Source: Adineta vaga (lineage: Eukaryota > Animalia > Rotifera). Taken from it: DNA of 64,000 bases. This document shows, piece by piece, positions 61,387 through 64,000 of this stretch (position 1 is its first letter; each line of letters starts with the position of its first letter). The stretch lies in the NCBI GenBank assembly GCA_021613535.1, contig CP075493.1, positions 11,222,001 through 11,286,000 on the forward strand, in the 5' to 3' direction. Under the pieces are notes generated by a model. The model did no database searches, was not told the origin of the DNA, and saw only the letters and a program-made list of their open reading frames with translations. A program made the translations under genes and the position numbers.

Positions 61387-63018
61387 ATGACTACTAATGA
61401 TGACCACCACACAGCATCAAGAAATTCAAACAATATTCAAATTGCATCATATGTCAGTAGCCCATCTGATGAAGGTGATAGACAAATAATTGAATTCGGC
61501 TATGAGCCTGTTTTCAAAAGAGAATTCGGTCGACTTGCTTCATTTTCATTTGCCTTCTCTATTTCTGGTCTTTACGCTACAATTGCAACGACTTTTATAT
61601 ACGGCTTGCGAGCAGGTGGTGCACCAGCACTTGTCTGGTGTTGGTTAATTTCCGGTTTTGGTTGCATGTGTATTGCGTTGAGTGTTGCTGAACTCGTTTC
61701 TGCTTATCCAACATCGGGTGGACTCTATTTCACGCTGAAATATCTTCTTCCAGCTAAATATATTCCATTGACGTCGTGGATTTGTGGTTGGTTGAATCTT
61801 CTTGGTCAAGTTGCTGGACTTGCTTCCACAGACTATGGATGTTCACAGCTTCTACTTGCTGCAATCAGTATGGGCACAGGATTTCGTTATAAACCAACTG
61901 CTGGACATACTGTTGGTGTTATGGCTGCAATTGTTATTCTGCATGGTTTTATCAATAGTCTTAGTACTAAATGGCTCGATCGAATCACAAGATGGTATGC
62001 AATCTTTCATCTGACTGTATTATTATCGGCAAGTATTGCCTTATTAGTATGTCAAAAAGAAAAACACTCAGCGAAGTACGTATTCGTTGATATTGAATCG
62101 CGAAATGGTTGGAGTCCTATTGGATTTTCGTTTCTTTTTGGATTTCTTTCTGTTGCTTGGGCAATGACAGATTACGATGCAACAGCACATATTGCAGAAG
62201 AAATTCAGAATGCAGCTGTGCGTGCTCCACAAGCGATCACTTCTGCTCTCTTTCTAACATATAGCCTTGGTTTCCTCTTTAACATAGTTCTTGCTTTCAC
62301 TATGGGAGACATCGACAATCTTCTTTCATCTCCAACTGATCAACCATTTGCTCAACTCTTCTACAACGTGTTTGGTATAGCTGGTGGCATTGCTTTTACA
62401 CTGTTTGCTTTCATTATTCTAAATTTCTGTGGCATTGCTGCTCTTCAAGCTAGTGCACGCACAATTTTTGCTTTTTCACGTGATGAACTTCTACCGTTCT
62501 CCAATATTTGGACTCGAATAAATAGTTATACTAGTACTCCTTTAATTGCCGTTTGGTTAAATGTTATTCTTGCTATAGGCATTAATCTTATTGGACTCGC
62601 TTCATATACGGCAATCACAGCAATCTTTGATGTCTGTACAATTGCACTTGATTGGAGTTATTGTATACCGATCATTTGTAAGATGATTTTTAGTTCTAGA
62701 ACAGGACGTTATACTCCTGGACCATGGAATTTAGGAAAATTTTCTTGGATAATTAATTGTTGGTCAGTAATCTGGACCTTGTTTGTTTCCATTATTTTTC
62801 TAATGCCAACAACACGGCCAGTAACTGCAGAAAATATGAACTATGCCGCTGTTATTCTTGTCGGTATTCTTACATTCGCAATGATTTATTGGTATATAGG
62901 TGGTGCACGCGAGAAGTATATTGGACCGCGTAACAAACATCAGCAACAAAAAGAAGAAAATAATATTACTGAGTCGATTTCTTCTATGTACAAAAAAGAT
63001 CATGTAACTAAGTTTTGA
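61387..63018 (+). CDS. APC-superfamily amino acid/GABA/polyamine permease (fungal UGA4/TPO5/HNM1-like)
   Basis: GYEPVFKREF, SFAFSISG, SVAELVSAYPTSGGLY, MTDYDATAHIAEE, FAFSRD, GPWNLG, NMNYA; ~12 TM segments; intronless. Confidence 0.92.
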   Translation: MTTNDDHHTASRNSNNIQIASYVSSPSDEGDRQIIEFGYEPVFKREFGRLASFSFAFSISGLYATIATTFIYGLRAGGAPALVWCWLISGFGCMCIALSVAELVSAYPTSGGLYFTLKYLLPAKYIPLTSWICGWLNLLGQVAGLASTDYGCSQLLLAAISMGTGFRYKPTAGHTVGVMAAIVILHGFINSLSTKWLDRITRWYAIFHLTVLLSASIALLVCQKEKHSAKYVFVDIESRNGWSPIGFSFLFGFLSVAWAMTDYDATAHIAEEIQNAAVRAPQAITSALFLTYSLGFLFNIVLAFTMGDIDNLLSSPTDQPFAQLFYNVFGIAGGIAFTLFAFIILNFCGIAALQASARTIFAFSRDELLPFSNIWTRINSYTSTPLIAVWLNVILAIGINLIGLASYTAITAIFDVCTIALDWSYCIPIICKMIFSSRTGRYTPGPWNLGKFSWIINCWSVIWTLFVSIIFLMPTTRPVTAENMNYAAVILVGILTFAMIYWYIGGAREKYIGPRNKHQQQKEENNITESISSMYKKDHVTKF

Positions 63019-63575
63019 AATGCTTCTTGTATTTTCAACAAAAGTTTTAAAACTCAGATAGTATATACATATCTCAATCTTATTTATGCATTTGCGTCGA
63101 TCAGTACATATAATAATTAAAATAAATATATTTTACTGAAATACCTTAAGAAAAAAATATTTTGTTAACGCCATAAGTTATTTTCATCGTCATCATCAAT
63201 TATCGATTTATGTAAATGAGTATACAGAAAAAACAAAAGTGCTTATAATATAACATTAAAACACACCAGATGGTAATAATATTTTTCGTATGAGAAAAAT
63301 ACGCAGTTTCATTAAAAAAGAAATGTAAAAAAATAGAAATACGATTTCTGATTTCGTCAAAAATTCTTCAATACTATAAATAAATACTGAAAAAGTAATT
63401 CCTAAAATATATATCGGTGTACTGAAATGTTCTCTGAGAATGTACTTTTTACTCATTAACAAGATGCAATCATCCATAACTAAGTGATGACGTATGTGTA
63501 GATGTATTTAATCGTGAAGCGAACGATAGTTGTAATCATTCATATTTTCAAATATTTCAAAGCACATCAACAAAA

Positions 63576-63884
63576 ATGGCCTTTACTGGTAGTGGATATA
63601 TTGATCCAAATGTTACTGCTTTCGGTGGATTTCCTGGCGGAATTAATCAAAGTACATAAGATGTTTTCTTGTATATTTAAATACATTTATTTCTTTCAGC
63701 TCCAGCAGGTGTAGTTTATCCTATAAATCCAGTTTTACCTGGTGTTATTGCAACTCCTATTCCTGTCTTAGCTCCAGCAAGCACAATAACAGCATCAGGA
63801 TCAATTGTTACGCCACTAAGCTCTACCATCATTGATCCTACTTCTAATTTCATGGCAACGACAAACTATGCTCCTGGAATTTAA
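63576..63884 (+). CDS. Small Pro/Thr/Gly/Ile-rich orphan protein, 2 exons (63576-63651, 63700-63884), 86 aa
   Basis: A 48-nt GT-AG intron is in phase: MAFTGSGYIDPNVTAFGGFPGGINQTPAGVVYPINPVLPG...NYAPGI*. AATAAA follows the stop. Confidence 0.6.
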
Positions 63885-64000
63885 TAAAAAAACAAACTTT
63901 AATTGCCTTGTAAAAAACATAAACATTTGCAATTTTCAATAAACATACAGTTATAATTATAACCGTTAGTCATTCACAAGACATTGAGTCTGATATAGAT

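Noticed and set aside
1-64000. Prokaryotic contig or bacterial contamination
   Set aside because: Bacterial-like genes share the host base composition, one carries a spliceosomal intron, and they are interleaved with intron-rich animal genes.

Overview
AT-rich eukaryotic (animal) DNA with many short (~50-60 nt) GT-AG introns, so the ORF track fragments most genes. The intron size, expansions of orphan GPCR and F-box genes, TGTGGG/TGAGGG motifs and high density of bacterial/fungal-like genes suggest a bdelloid rotifer (inference). About 20 genes and 3 pseudogenes were reconstructed by hand-splicing. The main feature is an ~18 kb, 13-exon, ~5,800-aa RNF213/mysterin-like AAA+ gene (14474-~32500, minus strand). 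It has no recognisable RING, a reduced RZ-finger remnant, a GOLD-like domain and ~8 tandem ubiquitin-like units at the C-terminus. It sits tail-to-tail with an intact but apparently catalytically dead eIF4A paralogue (EEAD, TAT, NRIGHGGA). Also present: a stand-alone ET/HRT-type GIY-YIG gene, an F-box-LRR gene built from 141-bp exon+intron tandem units, a membrane-macro-PARP, a TRPA channel, PGAM, three GPCRs, several horizontal-transfer (HGT) candidates (2-hydroxyacid dehydrogenase, APH kinase, class C beta-lactamase with an intron, ricin lectin, sulfotransferase-like protein, fungal-type permease), an HSP70 fragment and dispersed telomere-like palindromes. All family assignments come from motif recognition by eye; no searches were run.
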